This document shows positions 11,198 to 23,603 of a stretch of DNA of 64,000 nt, piece after piece. How positions within the stretch are numbered: position 1 is the first letter of the stretch; every line of letters begins with the position of its first letter. The notes beneath the pieces are model-generated. The model was not told where the DNA came from. It ran no database searches and saw only the letters and a list, made by a program, of their open reading frames with translations. Made by a program: the position numbers and the translations under genes. Source of the DNA: Isoptericola halotolerans (lineage in GTDB: Bacteria > Actinomycetota > Actinomycetes > Actinomycetales > Cellulomonadaceae); NCBI RefSeq assembly GCF_013149785.1, contig NZ_JABEZU010000003.1, positions 62,001 to 126,000 of the forward strand, in the 5' to 3' direction.

Positions 11198-11683
11198 GTG
11201 CCTGAGAATGCGAGCCCGCCGGTGACCGACCCGAGCACGCTCGACGTGCTCGTCACGATCCTGGACGACGGCGTTCCCGTGCCCGCCTACGCCCATCCGG
11301 GCGACGCCGGTGCGGACCTGGTCACGACGCGCGACGTCGAGCTCGCCCCCGGCACGCGCGACGTCGTGCCGACCGGTGTGGCGATCGCGCTGCCGGAGGG
11401 CTTCGCGGCCTTCGTCCACCCCCGTTCCGGCCTCGCGGCGAAGCACGGCGTCACCGTCGTCAACGCCCCCGGCACCATCGACGCCGGGTACCGGGGCGAG
11501 ATCAAGGTCGTGCTGGCCAACACCGACGCCACCGAGACCGTCCGGCTGAGCCGTGGTGACCGCATCGCCCAGCTCGTGGTCCAGCGCGTCGAGCACGCCC
11601 GCTTCCTGGTGGCGGACCGTCTGCCCGGGTCGCACCGCGGCGACGGCGGGTTCGGGTCGAGCGGTGGGATCACGCCCGCCTGA
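11198..11683 (+). CDS. dut: dUTPase
   Basis: DAGADL, PRSGLA, GTIDAGYRGEI, RIAQL, RGDGGFGSSG. Confidence 0.96.
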   Translation: MPENASPPVTDPSTLDVLVTILDDGVPVPAYAHPGDAGADLVTTRDVELAPGTRDVVPTGVAIALPEGFAAFVHPRSGLAAKHGVTVVNAPGTIDAGYRGEIKVVLANTDATETVRLSRGDRIAQLVVQRVEHARFLVADRLPGSHRGDGGFGSSGGITPA

Positions 11684-11774
11684 CCTGCGCGTTTAGACCG
11701 GTGCCACGATCGGTCTAACCTGGATACAGGACGGCGTGCGCGCCGTCGGAATCGACGAGACAAGGAGATCCCTG

Positions 11775-12530
11775 GTGGGTCTGTTCCGGCGCAAGGCGTC
11801 GACGAAGGCGACCGAGTCCGCCGCTGCGGACGAGACCGCTGCCGCTCCGGGCGGAGAGCCCGGGGGCGCGGAGCCGACGGCGGCGCCCGCGGGGCGCGGA
11901 CCGTACGACTCCTCGCAGGTGACGGCCATGGGGCCGCGCGTGGACCTCGGAGCGGTCTGGCTGCCGGTGCTGCCCGGGCTGCAGCTGCGCATGGAGGTCG
12001 ACAAGAAGTCGCAGAAGGTCACCGGAGTGGCGGCCTCGCTGCAGGGCTCCGTGCTGCAGGTGCAGGCCTTTGCCGCGCCCAAGACAGGTGGCATCTGGGA
12101 CGAGGTGCGCGAGGAGATCGCAGCGTCCCTGACCAAGCAGGGCGGGACGGTCGACGACGTCCCCGGCGCGTTCGGCCGCGAGCTCGTGGCGCGCATCCCG
12201 GCGAAGACGGCCGAGGGCAAGCCGGCGGTACGGCCGGCGCGGTTCATCGGCCACGACGGCCCGCGCTGGTTCCTGCGCGGCGTGCTGTCCGGGCGCGCCG
12301 CCGTCGACACCGAGGCCGCCAAGCCGCTGGAGTCGGTCTTCGCGAACATCGTCGTCGTCCGCGACTCGAACCCTCGCCCGCCCCGGGACCTGCTCACGCT
12401 CACGTTGCCGCGGCAGGCCCGCAAGGACGGTGCGGGGGCCGACACCACGGACGGGCTCCCCGACACGACGCCGCAGGCCCCGTCCTTCGACCCGCTCACG
12501 CGCGGGCCGGAGATCACCGAGATCCGCTGA
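11775..12530 (+). CDS. DUF3710 family protein
   Basis: GPYD, AFAAPKTGGIW, DGPRWFLRG, C-terminal GPEITEIR; follows dut. Confidence 0.82.
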   Translation: MGLFRRKASTKATESAAADETAAAPGGEPGGAEPTAAPAGRGPYDSSQVTAMGPRVDLGAVWLPVLPGLQLRMEVDKKSQKVTGVAASLQGSVLQVQAFAAPKTGGIWDEVREEIAASLTKQGGTVDDVPGAFGRELVARIPAKTAEGKPAVRPARFIGHDGPRWFLRGVLSGRAAVDTEAAKPLESVFANIVVVRDSNPRPPRDLLTLTLPRQARKDGAGADTTDGLPDTTPQAPSFDPLTRGPEITEIR

Positions 12531-12538
12531 GGCCCCCG

Positions 12539-12907
12539 GTGTCCCTGCGCAGCATGGTCCGCACGGCTCTCGCCTCCACCGACGAGGTCGCCGCCGACGA
12601 GGAGCGCACGGCCGCGGCGCTGGTGACGGGCTGTCGCCCGCTCGAGGAGCTCGAGCCGCGTCATCGCGGCGTTGCTTCCGGCGTCCTGCGCTCGGTCGTG
12701 CTGCGTCCACGACAGAACGTCCCCAGCGTGGAGGCCGAGCTGTACGACGGGTCGGGGACGTTGCACCTGGTCTGGCTCGGGCGCCGGGAGATCGCCGGCA
12801 TCGAGCCAGGGCGGCGGCTGCGCGTCGAGGGCATGGTGACGGTCCGCGACGGCCGGCGCACGATGTTCAACCCCCGGTACGAGCTGCGCGCGCGGGCCGG
12901 CGAATGA
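12539..12907 (+). CDS. OB-fold nucleic acid-binding protein
   Basis: ELYDGSG.L.LVWLGRR.IAGIEPG...FNPRYEL. Confidence 0.8.
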   Translation: MSLRSMVRTALASTDEVAADEERTAAALVTGCRPLEELEPRHRGVASGVLRSVVLRPRQNVPSVEAELYDGSGTLHLVWLGRREIAGIEPGRRLRVEGMVTVRDGRRTMFNPRYELRARAGE

Positions 12908-13722
12908 GCCGGCAGGACGAGGAGCACGAGGACCACGTGAACGACCAGCGCCACGCTCCCGAGGCGACGACCGGCGACCCGACGTCCTCCGGCGAGGGGC
13001 CACGTCGCGGGATGCGCGCCGTGACCGCCGACTCCTTCTCGTTCACCGAGGCGGTCGGCGGGGTACGGGGCGTCGTCGAGGCGATCCTGCCGGGACTCGT
13101 CTTCGTCGTCGTCTACGTCGTCACGCAGGACCTCCCGCCGTCGTTGCTGTCAGCGGTGGGGGCCGCGCTGGTGGCCGTCGTGGCACGCCTGGTCCAGCGC
13201 ACCCCTGTCACCCAGGCTCTCGGCGGCGTGCTCGGGATCGCCGTCGGTGTCGTGTGGGCGTGGCGGTCGGGCGAGGCCCAGGACTTCTACGTCGTCGGGC
13301 TGTGGACCAACGCCGCCTACCTGCTCGCCTTCGTGATCTCCATCCTGGTGCGCTGGCCCCTGGTGGGCCTCGTCGTCGAGGGGATCCGGGCCGGATTCTC
13401 CGACCCGTCGACCCGTCGCGCCGGGGCCGACAGCGACACGGAGCCTGCCGAGGACGGGCAGGAGAGCCCGTTCGCCGCGTTGGCGGCCTGGCGGTCCGAC
13501 GCCGGGCTCGTGCGCCGCTACACCATCGCCAGCTGGTTCTGGGTGGGCCTCTTCGCCGTGCGCCTGGTGGTCAAGGTCCCGCTCTACCTGAACGGCGACG
13601 TCGGGTGGCTCGGCACCATGCACCTGATCCTCGGCGTCCCGCTGTGGGGTCTCGTGCTGTGGCTCACCTGGGTCGTGGTGCGCGGCGCTCACTCCCGTGG
13701 CCGGGAGCCTGCCGCGACCTGA
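12904..13722 (+). CDS. DUF3159 family membrane protein
   Basis: GGVRG..E..LPG, multiple TM helices, RWPLVG; ATGA coupling. Confidence 0.8.
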   Translation: MSRQDEEHEDHVNDQRHAPEATTGDPTSSGEGPRRGMRAVTADSFSFTEAVGGVRGVVEAILPGLVFVVVYVVTQDLPPSLLSAVGAALVAVVARLVQRTPVTQALGGVLGIAVGVVWAWRSGEAQDFYVVGLWTNAAYLLAFVISILVRWPLVGLVVEGIRAGFSDPSTRRAGADSDTEPAEDGQESPFAALAAWRSDAGLVRRYTIASWFWVGLFAVRLVVKVPLYLNGDVGWLGTMHLILGVPLWGLVLWLTWVVVRGAHSRGREPAAT

Positions 13723-13738
13723 GGTTGGCGAGCCGCCC

Positions 13739-14413
13739 TCAGCCGAGCTCGGGCCCGTCGACGACGAGTCGCTGCAACATGTCAGGGTCGGACTCCTGGC
13801 CGGTGACGAGCATCAGCTCGTCGCCGGCCTCCAGCGCGTCGTCCGGGGTCGGGCTGAAGGGCCGGATGCCGCGCACCACGCAGGCCAGGACGACGTCCGG
13901 CGGCCAGACCACGTCGCTGACCCGCAGGCCCACCAGCGGGGACTCCTCGGGCAGGGTCACCTCGAGGATGTCGGCGCCCGACTGGTGGAAGGTGAAGATC
14001 CGCACCAGGTCGCCGACCGACACGGCCTCCTCGACCATGGCGGTCATGATGCGCGGCGTCGAGACCGCGACGTCGACGCCCCACGACTCGTCGAACATCC
14101 ACTCGTTGCGCGGGTTGTTGACCCGGGCGACCGTGCGGGGCACGGCGAATTCCGTCTTGCTGAGCAGGGAGAACACGAGGTTGACCTTGTCGTCCCCGGT
14201 GGCCCCCACCACGACGTCCGCCGAGGACACGTCCGCCCCGTCGAGGGAGGACGTCTCGCAGGCGTCGGCCAGGACCCAGTCGGCGTCGGGGACCTGGGAG
14301 ACCCGCATGGCCGACGGGTTCTTGTCCACCAGGACGACGTCGTGGTCGTTGGCGAGGAGCTCGGAGGCGATGGACCGGCCGACCGACCCGGCACCGGCGA
14401 TGACGACACGCAT
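13739..14413 (-). CDS. trkA: TrkA family K+ uptake RCK protein (CeoC-like)
   Basis: MRVVIAGAGSVG, TGDDKVN, ARVNNPRNEW, C-terminal RCK-C. Confidence 0.9.
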   Translation of the reverse strand: MRVVIAGAGSVGRSIASELLANDHDVVLVDKNPSAMRVSQVPDADWVLADACETSSLDGADVSSADVVVGATGDDKVNLVFSLLSKTEFAVPRTVARVNNPRNEWMFDESWGVDVAVSTPRIMTAMVEEAVSVGDLVRIFTFHQSGADILEVTLPEESPLVGLRVSDVVWPPDVVLACVVRGIRPFSPTPDDALEAGDELMLVTGQESDPDMLQRLVVDGPELG

Positions 14414-15087
14414 CAGTCCTGGTCCTCCTCGGGCCCGGGGGTGTGGGTGATCAGCCTCTCGACCCGGGCGGCGTCGTCGGCGTGCATGAGCACGTGCAGC
14501 TCGTCGTTCTCCTGCAGCAGGGTGTCCGGCGCCACGAGCCGCGCCTCGGCGTACCGTGTGAGGAACGCGACCCGTGCGCCGGTGGTCGCCTCGATGCGGC
14601 GCACGGACTTGCCGAGCCAGTCGGGGTGGTAGTCGACCTGCGCGAGCCGGACGACACCGGTGGGGTCGCGGTACTCGTCGGTCGCCCCGAGCGGGAGCAT
14701 GCGCCGCATGACCTGGTCCGCGGTCCAGCGGACCGTCGCGACGGTCGGGATGCCGAGGCGCTGGTAGATCTCGGCCCGGTGCGGGTCGTAGATCCGTGCG
14801 ACGACGTGGTCGACACCGTAGGTCTCCCGGGCGACCCGTGCGGCGAGCACGTTGGAGTTGTCGCCGTCGGAGACCGCGGCGAACCCGTAGGTGTCCTCGA
14901 TCCCGGCCTGCACGAGCGTCTCGCGGTCGAAGCCGACGCCGGTCACCTTGTGGCCGGCGAAGTCGGGGCCGAGCCGGCGGAAGGCGTCGGGGTTCTGGTC
15001 GATGACCGCGACCGAGTGGCCGCGCGCCTCGATCTCCTGCGCGAGCGAGGAGCCCACGCGGCCGCATCCCATGATCACGAAGTGCAC
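14413..15087 (-). CDS. trkA: TrkA family K+ uptake RCK protein (CeoB-like)
   Basis: IMGCGRVG, SDGDNSN, ARIYDP.RAEIYQRLGIP. Confidence 0.9.
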   Translation of the reverse strand: MHFVIMGCGRVGSSLAQEIEARGHSVAVIDQNPDAFRRLGPDFAGHKVTGVGFDRETLVQAGIEDTYGFAAVSDGDNSNVLAARVARETYGVDHVVARIYDPHRAEIYQRLGIPTVATVRWTADQVMRRMLPLGATDEYRDPTGVVRLAQVDYHPDWLGKSVRRIEATTGARVAFLTRYAEARLVAPDTLLQENDELHVLMHADDAARVERLITHTPGPEEDQD

Positions 15088-15165
15088 ACCACGGAACGCT
15101 ATACCCCTGGCAGCCGGTGTGCCGACCCGCGCCGGGACGCCCCGTCGGGCATAGCATGAGTCACC

Positions 15166-17163
15166 GTGTCGGACATCGCAGACGCCGCGAAGCGGCTGCT
15201 CCTAGGGCGCCCCTTGCGCAGCGAGAGCTCGAAGCGCTCTCTCCTGCCCAAGCGCGTCGCGCTGCCGGTGTTCGCCTCGGACGCGCTGTCGTCGATGGCG
15301 TACGCCCCGGACGAGATCCTGCTGATGCTCGCGCTCGCGGGCATCGCGGCCACCGCGTTCTCCCCGTGGGTCGGGCTCGTCGTCGTGGTCGTCCTGCTGG
15401 TGGTGGTCGCCTCCTACCGCCAGATCGTGCGCGCGTACCCCTCCGGTGGTGGCGACTACGAGGTCGCGACGACCAACCTGGGCCCGACGGCGGGCATCGG
15501 GGTCGCCTCGGCGCTCATGCTCGACTACGTGCTCACCGTGGCGGTGTCGTTGTCCGCGGCGTCGCAGTACCTCGCGGTGCTCGTCCCGTCGGCTCGCGGC
15601 CACGAACCGCTCGTGGCCGCCGCGCTGGTCGCCGCGCTGACGGTGGTGAACCTGCGCGGCGTGCGCGAGTCCGCCTGGGTCTTCGTCGTGGTGATCTACT
15701 GCTTCATGGCCGCGCTCGGGGTGCTCGCCGTCGTCGGCGCGGTGCGGTTCTGGTCCGGTGACATGCCGCAGGCGCCCAGCGCCGACCTGGAGCTGGTCCC
15801 CGCGGCCGGGTACGAGCAAGGGCTGCTCGGCATCGCCGGCGCGTTCCTCGTCGCGCGTGCCTTCGCCTCGGGCGCCGTCGCGCTGACCGGCGTCGAGTCC
15901 ATCACCAGCGACGTGCCGGCCTTCCGCCGGCCGAAGAGGCGCAACGCCGCCACCACGCTCGCGCTGCTGGGCGCGATCTCGGCCGCGATGCTCATGACGA
16001 TCCTGTTCCTCGCGCAGGCGACGGGCGTGAAGTTCGTCGAGGACCCCGCCACGCAGCTCACCCGGGACGGGGTGCCCGTCGGCGACGACTACGAGCAGCA
16101 TCCCGTCCTCGCCCAGCTGGCCGAGACGGTGTTCGGCGGGTTGTCCGTGGTCGCCGCGATCACGATCGGCGTCACCGCGCTGGTGCTGCTGCTCGCCGCC
16201 AACACGGCCTTCCACGGGTTCCCGGTCCTGGGGTCGCTGCTCGCCAAGGACGGGTACCTGCCCCGTCAGCTGCACACCCGCGGTGACCGCATGGCGTTCT
16301 CCAACGGCATCGTCACGCTCGCGATCGCGGCCGGCGTGCTGGTGCTCGTCTTCAACGCCGAGGTCACGACCCTCATCCAGCTCTACATCGTGGGGGTCTT
16401 CGTCTCGTTCACCCTCTCCCAGCTCGGGATGCTGCGGCACTGGACGCGCGAGCTGCGCAAGGAGCCCTCGCGCGCCGTCCGGGCCCGGATGAAGTGGTCG
16501 AGGGCGCTCAACGGCCTGGGTTTCGGCCTGACCTCGGCCGTCCTGGTGATCGTCCTGGTCACGAAGTTCACCCATGGCGCCTGGATCACGGTGGTCGCGA
16601 TGGCCGTGCTCTTCGTGCTCATGCGCGCCATCCGCAAGCACTACGACCGGGTGCGGTCCGAGCTCGCGCTCGACGACCTGTCCCGGGCGCGCGCGCTGCC
16701 CAGCCGCGTGCACGCCGTGGTGCTCGTCTCGCGGGTCCACAAGCCGACGATGCGTGCGCTCGCCTACGCGCGGGCGTCCCGACCTTCCTCGCTGGAAGCC
16801 GTGACGGTGGGTGTGGACGCCGACGAGATCGCCGACCTGCGCCAGCGGTGGGAGGCGCTGGACCTGCCGGTGCCGTTGCGGGTGCTGGACTCGCCCTACC
16901 GCGAGATCACCCGCCCGGTCCTGCACTACGTGCGGTCGCTGCGCAGCGAGTCCCCGCGCGACCTCGTCGTGGTGTACATCCCCGAGTACGTCGTGGGCCG
17001 GTGGTGGGAGCACCTGCTGCACAACCAGTCGGCGCTGCGGCTCAAGGGCCGGCTGCTGTTCACCCCGGGCGTGGTCGTCGCCTCCGTCCCGTGGCAGCTC
17101 TCCTCGTCCGCGGGGTACACGGGACTCGAGAGTGACGAGGTCGAGGGCCGCCGACCGCTCTGA
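15166..17163 (+). CDS. APC superfamily transporter, KimA-like
   Basis: SDALSSMAY, YPSGGGDY, LDYVLTVAVS, TGVE motifs, about 12 TM, cytosolic C-terminal domain (HNQSA). Confidence 0.82.
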   Translation: MSDIADAAKRLLLGRPLRSESSKRSLLPKRVALPVFASDALSSMAYAPDEILLMLALAGIAATAFSPWVGLVVVVVLLVVVASYRQIVRAYPSGGGDYEVATTNLGPTAGIGVASALMLDYVLTVAVSLSAASQYLAVLVPSARGHEPLVAAALVAALTVVNLRGVRESAWVFVVVIYCFMAALGVLAVVGAVRFWSGDMPQAPSADLELVPAAGYEQGLLGIAGAFLVARAFASGAVALTGVESITSDVPAFRRPKRRNAATTLALLGAISAAMLMTILFLAQATGVKFVEDPATQLTRDGVPVGDDYEQHPVLAQLAETVFGGLSVVAAITIGVTALVLLLAANTAFHGFPVLGSLLAKDGYLPRQLHTRGDRMAFSNGIVTLAIAAGVLVLVFNAEVTTLIQLYIVGVFVSFTLSQLGMLRHWTRELRKEPSRAVRARMKWSRALNGLGFGLTSAVLVIVLVTKFTHGAWITVVAMAVLFVLMRAIRKHYDRVRSELALDDLSRARALPSRVHAVVLVSRVHKPTMRALAYARASRPSSLEAVTVGVDADEIADLRQRWEALDLPVPLRVLDSPYREITRPVLHYVRSLRSESPRDLVVVYIPEYVVGRWWEHLLHNQSALRLKGRLLFTPGVVVASVPWQLSSSAGYTGLESDEVEGRRPL

Positions 17164-17181
17164 GCAAGGGACAATGGGTCG

Positions 17182-18477
17182 GTGACCCGACCCCGCCGAT
17201 CGTCCCCCCGCCCCCGCCCCGTCGACCCGAACGTCGGCCTCGAGCTCGTGCTCGAGGTCGGTCCCGTCGCCCACGGCGGCCACTGCGTCGCGCGGCACGA
17301 GGGCCGTGTCGTCTTCGTGCGGCACACGCTGCCCGGTGAGACCGTCCGTGCACGCGTGACGGAAGGCGGCAAGAAGTTCTGGCGCGCGGATGCCGTCGAG
17401 GTCCTGGAGTCGTCCGCGGACCGGGTCGAACCGGCCTGGCCGGCCGCCGGCCCCGGTGGCGCGGGGGGCGGCGAGCTCTCGCACGTCTCCCTGCCCGCCC
17501 AGCGCCGGTGGAAGGCGGCCGTCGTGGCGGAACAGCTGCAGCGGCTCGCCGGCCTGGAGCTCGATGTCACCGTCGAGGCCGCACCGGGCGACGACGAGAA
17601 CCACGGGTTGGGGTACCGCACCCGCGTCGAGCTCGTGACCGACGGCGGGGGGCGCGCGGGCATGCGGCGCTTCCGTTCGCACGACGTCGTCACGCTCGAC
17701 GCGATGCCGCTGGGGACCCCGGAGGTGGCGGCGCTCGCAGAGAGCGAGAGCGTGTTCACCCACCGTTGGCGCCCGGGCCAGCGCATCGAGCTCGTGGCGC
17801 CGGCCGGTGGCGAGACGCCGATGGTGCTCGTCGACGGCACGCCGTGGCGACGGGGCCGGCCGGACTTCCGTCCCAACGCCCGCCGCTCGGTGAGCGAGAC
17901 GGTGACGGTGGGCGGCACCGAGCACCGCTACCGGGTCGCTGCGGACGGGTTCTGGCAGGTGCACCGCGAGGCGCCGGCCGTGCTGGCCGGCGCGGTGCTG
18001 GACGCCGTCGGTGACGTCACCGGGCGGACCGTCCTCGACCTGTACTCGGGGGCCGGGCTGTTCACGCTCCCGCTCGCGGCCGCCGTCGGGGAGCAGGGGC
18101 GTGTCGTCGCGGTCGAGGGCGACGAGCAGGCCGTGAAGGACGCCCGACGCAACGTGCACGGCCTGGACCAGGTCGACCTGCGCCTGGGCGCGGTGGACCG
18201 GGTGCTCGCCGGCAGCGCAGGTGACGCCCAGGGCGACGTCGGTCCGGCCGACGTCGTGGTGCTGGACCCGCCGCGTGCGGGCGCCGGGCGCACCGTCGTC
18301 GACGCGATCGCGGGCCGGGCGCCGGGTCGGATCGTCTACGTGGCGTGCGACCCGGCGGCGCTGGCACGCGACATCGGCCTGCTCGCCGGGCACGGCTACG
18401 GCCTGACGAGCCTGCGGGCGTTCGACCTGTTCCCGCACACCCACCACGTGGAGTGCGTGGCGGTCCTGGACCGCTGA
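17182..18477 (+). CDS. TRAM-domain RNA (uracil-5)-methyltransferase, RlmD/TrmA family
   Basis: AHGG..VAR TRAM domain, FWQVH, DLYSGAG, LDPPRAG, YVACDP, DLFPHTHHVE. Confidence 0.9.
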   Translation: MTRPRRSSPRPRPVDPNVGLELVLEVGPVAHGGHCVARHEGRVVFVRHTLPGETVRARVTEGGKKFWRADAVEVLESSADRVEPAWPAAGPGGAGGGELSHVSLPAQRRWKAAVVAEQLQRLAGLELDVTVEAAPGDDENHGLGYRTRVELVTDGGGRAGMRRFRSHDVVTLDAMPLGTPEVAALAESESVFTHRWRPGQRIELVAPAGGETPMVLVDGTPWRRGRPDFRPNARRSVSETVTVGGTEHRYRVAADGFWQVHREAPAVLAGAVLDAVGDVTGRTVLDLYSGAGLFTLPLAAAVGEQGRVVAVEGDEQAVKDARRNVHGLDQVDLRLGAVDRVLAGSAGDAQGDVGPADVVVLDPPRAGAGRTVVDAIAGRAPGRIVYVACDPAALARDIGLLAGHGYGLTSLRAFDLFPHTHHVECVAVLDR

Positions 18478-18499
18478 CCCTCCCGGTACGGTCGGGGTC

Positions 18500-18925
18500 A
18501 TGGACGGGGGAACCACGGACGGACGAGGGCCGGTGCGCCGCTGGCTGCCGCTGCGACTGGCGGTGGTCGCGGTGGTGGCGCTGGCCGGTCTCGTGGTCGC
18601 GCTGCTCGTGCGGCAAGAGGATCCGGACCTGGTCCTCAACAGCTACCGGGGCGCACCGGCCGGTGCGGAAGCCACGGAGGGCATGGAGCCGGGCTGGGTC
18701 CTCGGGCAGGACGGGCGGCTGGCCGTCTACGCGGCGGGCAGCTCGTCCTGCCCGTGGACGCCGACGTCGGTCACCGCCGAGGGCGACCTGGTCTCGGTCC
18801 GTCTCGAGGTCGACGACGGCATGTGCACGGCGGACATGGTCTACACCACGCACGTCGTGGCCCTCCCGGCGGGGGTCGACCCGCAGTCGCTCGAGGTGGA
18901 GCTGGAGCTGGTCGCCCCGGGGTGA
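18500..18925 (+). CDS. Hypothetical membrane-anchored/secreted protein
   Basis: N-terminal TM helix; GSSSCP...CTADM cysteine pair. Confidence 0.65.
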   Translation: MDGGTTDGRGPVRRWLPLRLAVVAVVALAGLVVALLVRQEDPDLVLNSYRGAPAGAEATEGMEPGWVLGQDGRLAVYAAGSSSCPWTPTSVTAEGDLVSVRLEVDDGMCTADMVYTTHVVALPAGVDPQSLEVELELVAPG

Positions 18926-18944
18926 CCCGGGACCGCCGGACGTC

Positions 18945-19607
18945 TCAGGCGAGCCGCGCCGCGGCCGAGGCGAAGCCGAGCCAGGTGTGCCGGTTGCCCC
19001 ACCAGCACCAGCCGACCTTGGCAGCGCCGCGGCGCTCGATGCCGCCCCGGCCGGTGCCGTTGGAGATCCACACCGCCGGCGTGCGCGTGTCGAACGAGCC
19101 GTCCGGCTTGCGCAGCCGGGAGCCGATCGTCATGAAGCACCGGTTGCGTTCCAGCGCCGTGGGGTCCTGCAGCACCCAGTGCAGGCCCTCGGCCAGGGTC
19201 AGCGGGCTGCGGCCGCGCCCGGCGATCTCGGGCGACGCCTCGGCGGGGGACCAGTTCGCCAGGTCGTCGCCCCGGTCCGGGCCGACGACGGCGTAGACGT
19301 CGCTGGTGGGCTCGTCGACGCCCGTGGGGGCGAAGGCGTCGACGTCGGGCATGTCGACGACGACGAACCCGGGACGCTCGTCCGTGCCGCTGCGGGTGCG
19401 GACCTGGCGGCGCAGGTGCGGCGCGAGGGACGACGGCGGCAGGTGCCGGGGGTGCACCACGAGCAGGGAGCCCTCGGGCGCGCGTCGGGCGAGCTCTGCG
19501 GCGGCCGAGTGCAGGGCTGCGGGGTCGAGGGTTCCGTGGTCGGTCAGCAGGCCGAGCTCGACCAGGTGGGCGGCCTGGGTGGCGAGGGAGGGCAGGGGTG
19601 CGGGCAC
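18945..19607 (-). CDS. DUF5701-like protein
   Basis: GFVVVDM, RGDDLANWSP, CFMTIGSR, GWCWWGNRHTWLGFAS; start at GTG after GAAGGA. Confidence 0.7.
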   Translation of the reverse strand: MPAPLPSLATQAAHLVELGLLTDHGTLDPAALHSAAAELARRAPEGSLLVVHPRHLPPSSLAPHLRRQVRTRSGTDERPGFVVVDMPDVDAFAPTGVDEPTSDVYAVVGPDRGDDLANWSPAEASPEIAGRGRSPLTLAEGLHWVLQDPTALERNRCFMTIGSRLRKPDGSFDTRTPAVWISNGTGRGGIERRGAAKVGWCWWGNRHTWLGFASAAARLA

Positions 19608-19702
19608 GCGGGGTCCTTCCGTGGGGGGAGCGGCCAGGGTGCAACGCCTGGCGGCCCGACGGTGTTCCCGACCGTGTCGGGTCACGGTGAGGCACCCCTA
19701 AG

Positions 19703-19720
19703 TATCTTGACGTCAAGATA
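19703..19720. promoter_or_regulatory. Perfect 18-bp palindrome upstream of acnA (TamR-like operator)
   Basis: TATCTTGACGTCAAGATA is self-complementary, contains TTGACG and lies about 130 bp before acnA. Confidence 0.75.
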
Positions 19721-19846
19721 TATGGGTTATGCTGGGGCCAGCCCGGCGGCCTGTGCGTACGCTGGGCGGAGCCCCCGGAAACCTCGGCGTCGGAACCATC
19801 TCCCGATCGGTGCCCGCGCCGGAAAGCCCCCGTAGAAGGAGCCGCA

Positions 19847-22600
<2,754 letters not shown>

Positions 22601-22619
22601 CGCGTCCGACGCACACCGT

Positions 22620-22660
22620 CCGACGCCCCGTCGCTCCCTGGTGGAGCGGCGGGGCGTCGG
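22620..22660. terminator. Hairpin terminator after acnA (convergent genes)
   Basis: 18-bp stem CCGACGCCCCGTCGCTCC / GGAGCGGCGGGGCGTCGG with one G-U pair, 5-nt loop. Confidence 0.75.
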
Positions 22661-22672
22661 CCGTCTGCCCGC

Positions 22673-23527
22673 TCAGGCGGGCACCCGGGTGACGTGGTCG
22701 ACGACGGCCCGCGCGACCGCGGGGTCGTCCAGCACGCGGTTGTGGCCGAGCCCCTCGACGAGGAGCAGCTCGCTGCCCGGGTGCGCGGTGTGGAGCCGGC
22801 GAGCGTCGGCGGGGTCGTTCATCGAGTCGGTGGTGCTCTGGACGAACAGGGTCGGGACGTGGGCCGGGACCGGGTGGTGGGTCAGGTCGAGCTCGGTACG
22901 TGGCGCGTCGACCGCGGGGAACATGACGCGCGCGGCACGGTCGGCGAGCCGGTCGTGCAATCGCGGCGGGAGCCCGGACTGGCGGACGAACGAGCCGATG
23001 ACGGACTCGAACCCGGTGGGCGCCGCGATCGACACGAAGCGCTCCGCGGCGAGCCCGTCCCGCAGGGCGAGACCGGCGGCCATGGCCCCGAGGGAGTGCC
23101 CGACGACGGCTGCCGCAGGGCCGACCTGTTCCTGGACCGCTCGGAGCGTGGCAGCGTGCTGGACGGCCTGGGTGGAGCGGCCGGAGGAGTCGCCGTGCGC
23201 GACGCCGTCGAAGGCGACGGGCTGCAGGCCCGCGGACTCGAACGCCTCGACGAGCCGGGCGAACCGCGAGGCACGCAGCTGCCAGCCGTGGACGAGCAGC
23301 ACCGGGGGAGCGTCGGGATCTCCCCAGGCGTAGGTGGCCACCCGCTCGTCACCGACCCGGACGAGGCGACGGCGTGCGGCGTCGTGCACCGGCTGGTCGA
23401 CGGGCCGGATGCGGGAGGGCGGACCGACGCGGCGCATGGCGCGGACGCCGAGCCCCACGGCGAGCGGCGGGGCGAGGGTGCCCAGCACACGGAAGCCGGT
23501 GCGGACGGGAGCGGGGACGAACGGCAC
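22673..23527 (-). CDS. Alpha/beta hydrolase
   Basis: LVHGW, GHSLG nucleophile elbow, GLGHNRVL; start at GTG after GGAGG. Confidence 0.88.
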   Translation of the reverse strand: MPFVPAPVRTGFRVLGTLAPPLAVGLGVRAMRRVGPPSRIRPVDQPVHDAARRRLVRVGDERVATYAWGDPDAPPVLLVHGWQLRASRFARLVEAFESAGLQPVAFDGVAHGDSSGRSTQAVQHAATLRAVQEQVGPAAAVVGHSLGAMAAGLALRDGLAAERFVSIAAPTGFESVIGSFVRQSGLPPRLHDRLADRAARVMFPAVDAPRTELDLTHHPVPAHVPTLFVQSTTDSMNDPADARRLHTAHPGSELLLVEGLGHNRVLDDPAVARAVVDHVTRVPA

Positions 23528-23553
23528 GGGGACCTCCGGAGGACCAAGTAGGT

Positions 23554-23594
23554 GTACGACCGTTCGCACAGTAACACTGAACGAACGGTCGTAC
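23554..23594. promoter_or_regulatory. Inverted-repeat operator between hydrolase and TetR
   Basis: GTACGACCGTTCG-N15-CGAACGGTCGTAC, inner CAGT-AAC-ACTG also symmetric. Confidence 0.75.
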
Positions 23595-23603
23595 TATCAC
23601 TCC

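Noticed and set aside
15202..18639. Very long antisense/alternate-frame ORFs (e.g. 1145 aa here; also 19727-22321, 34047-37067, 37120-40245, 55904-58585)
   Set aside because: They shadow well-supported genes and are Arg/Gly/Pro-rich without motifs, as expected when stop codons are scarce in high-GC DNA.
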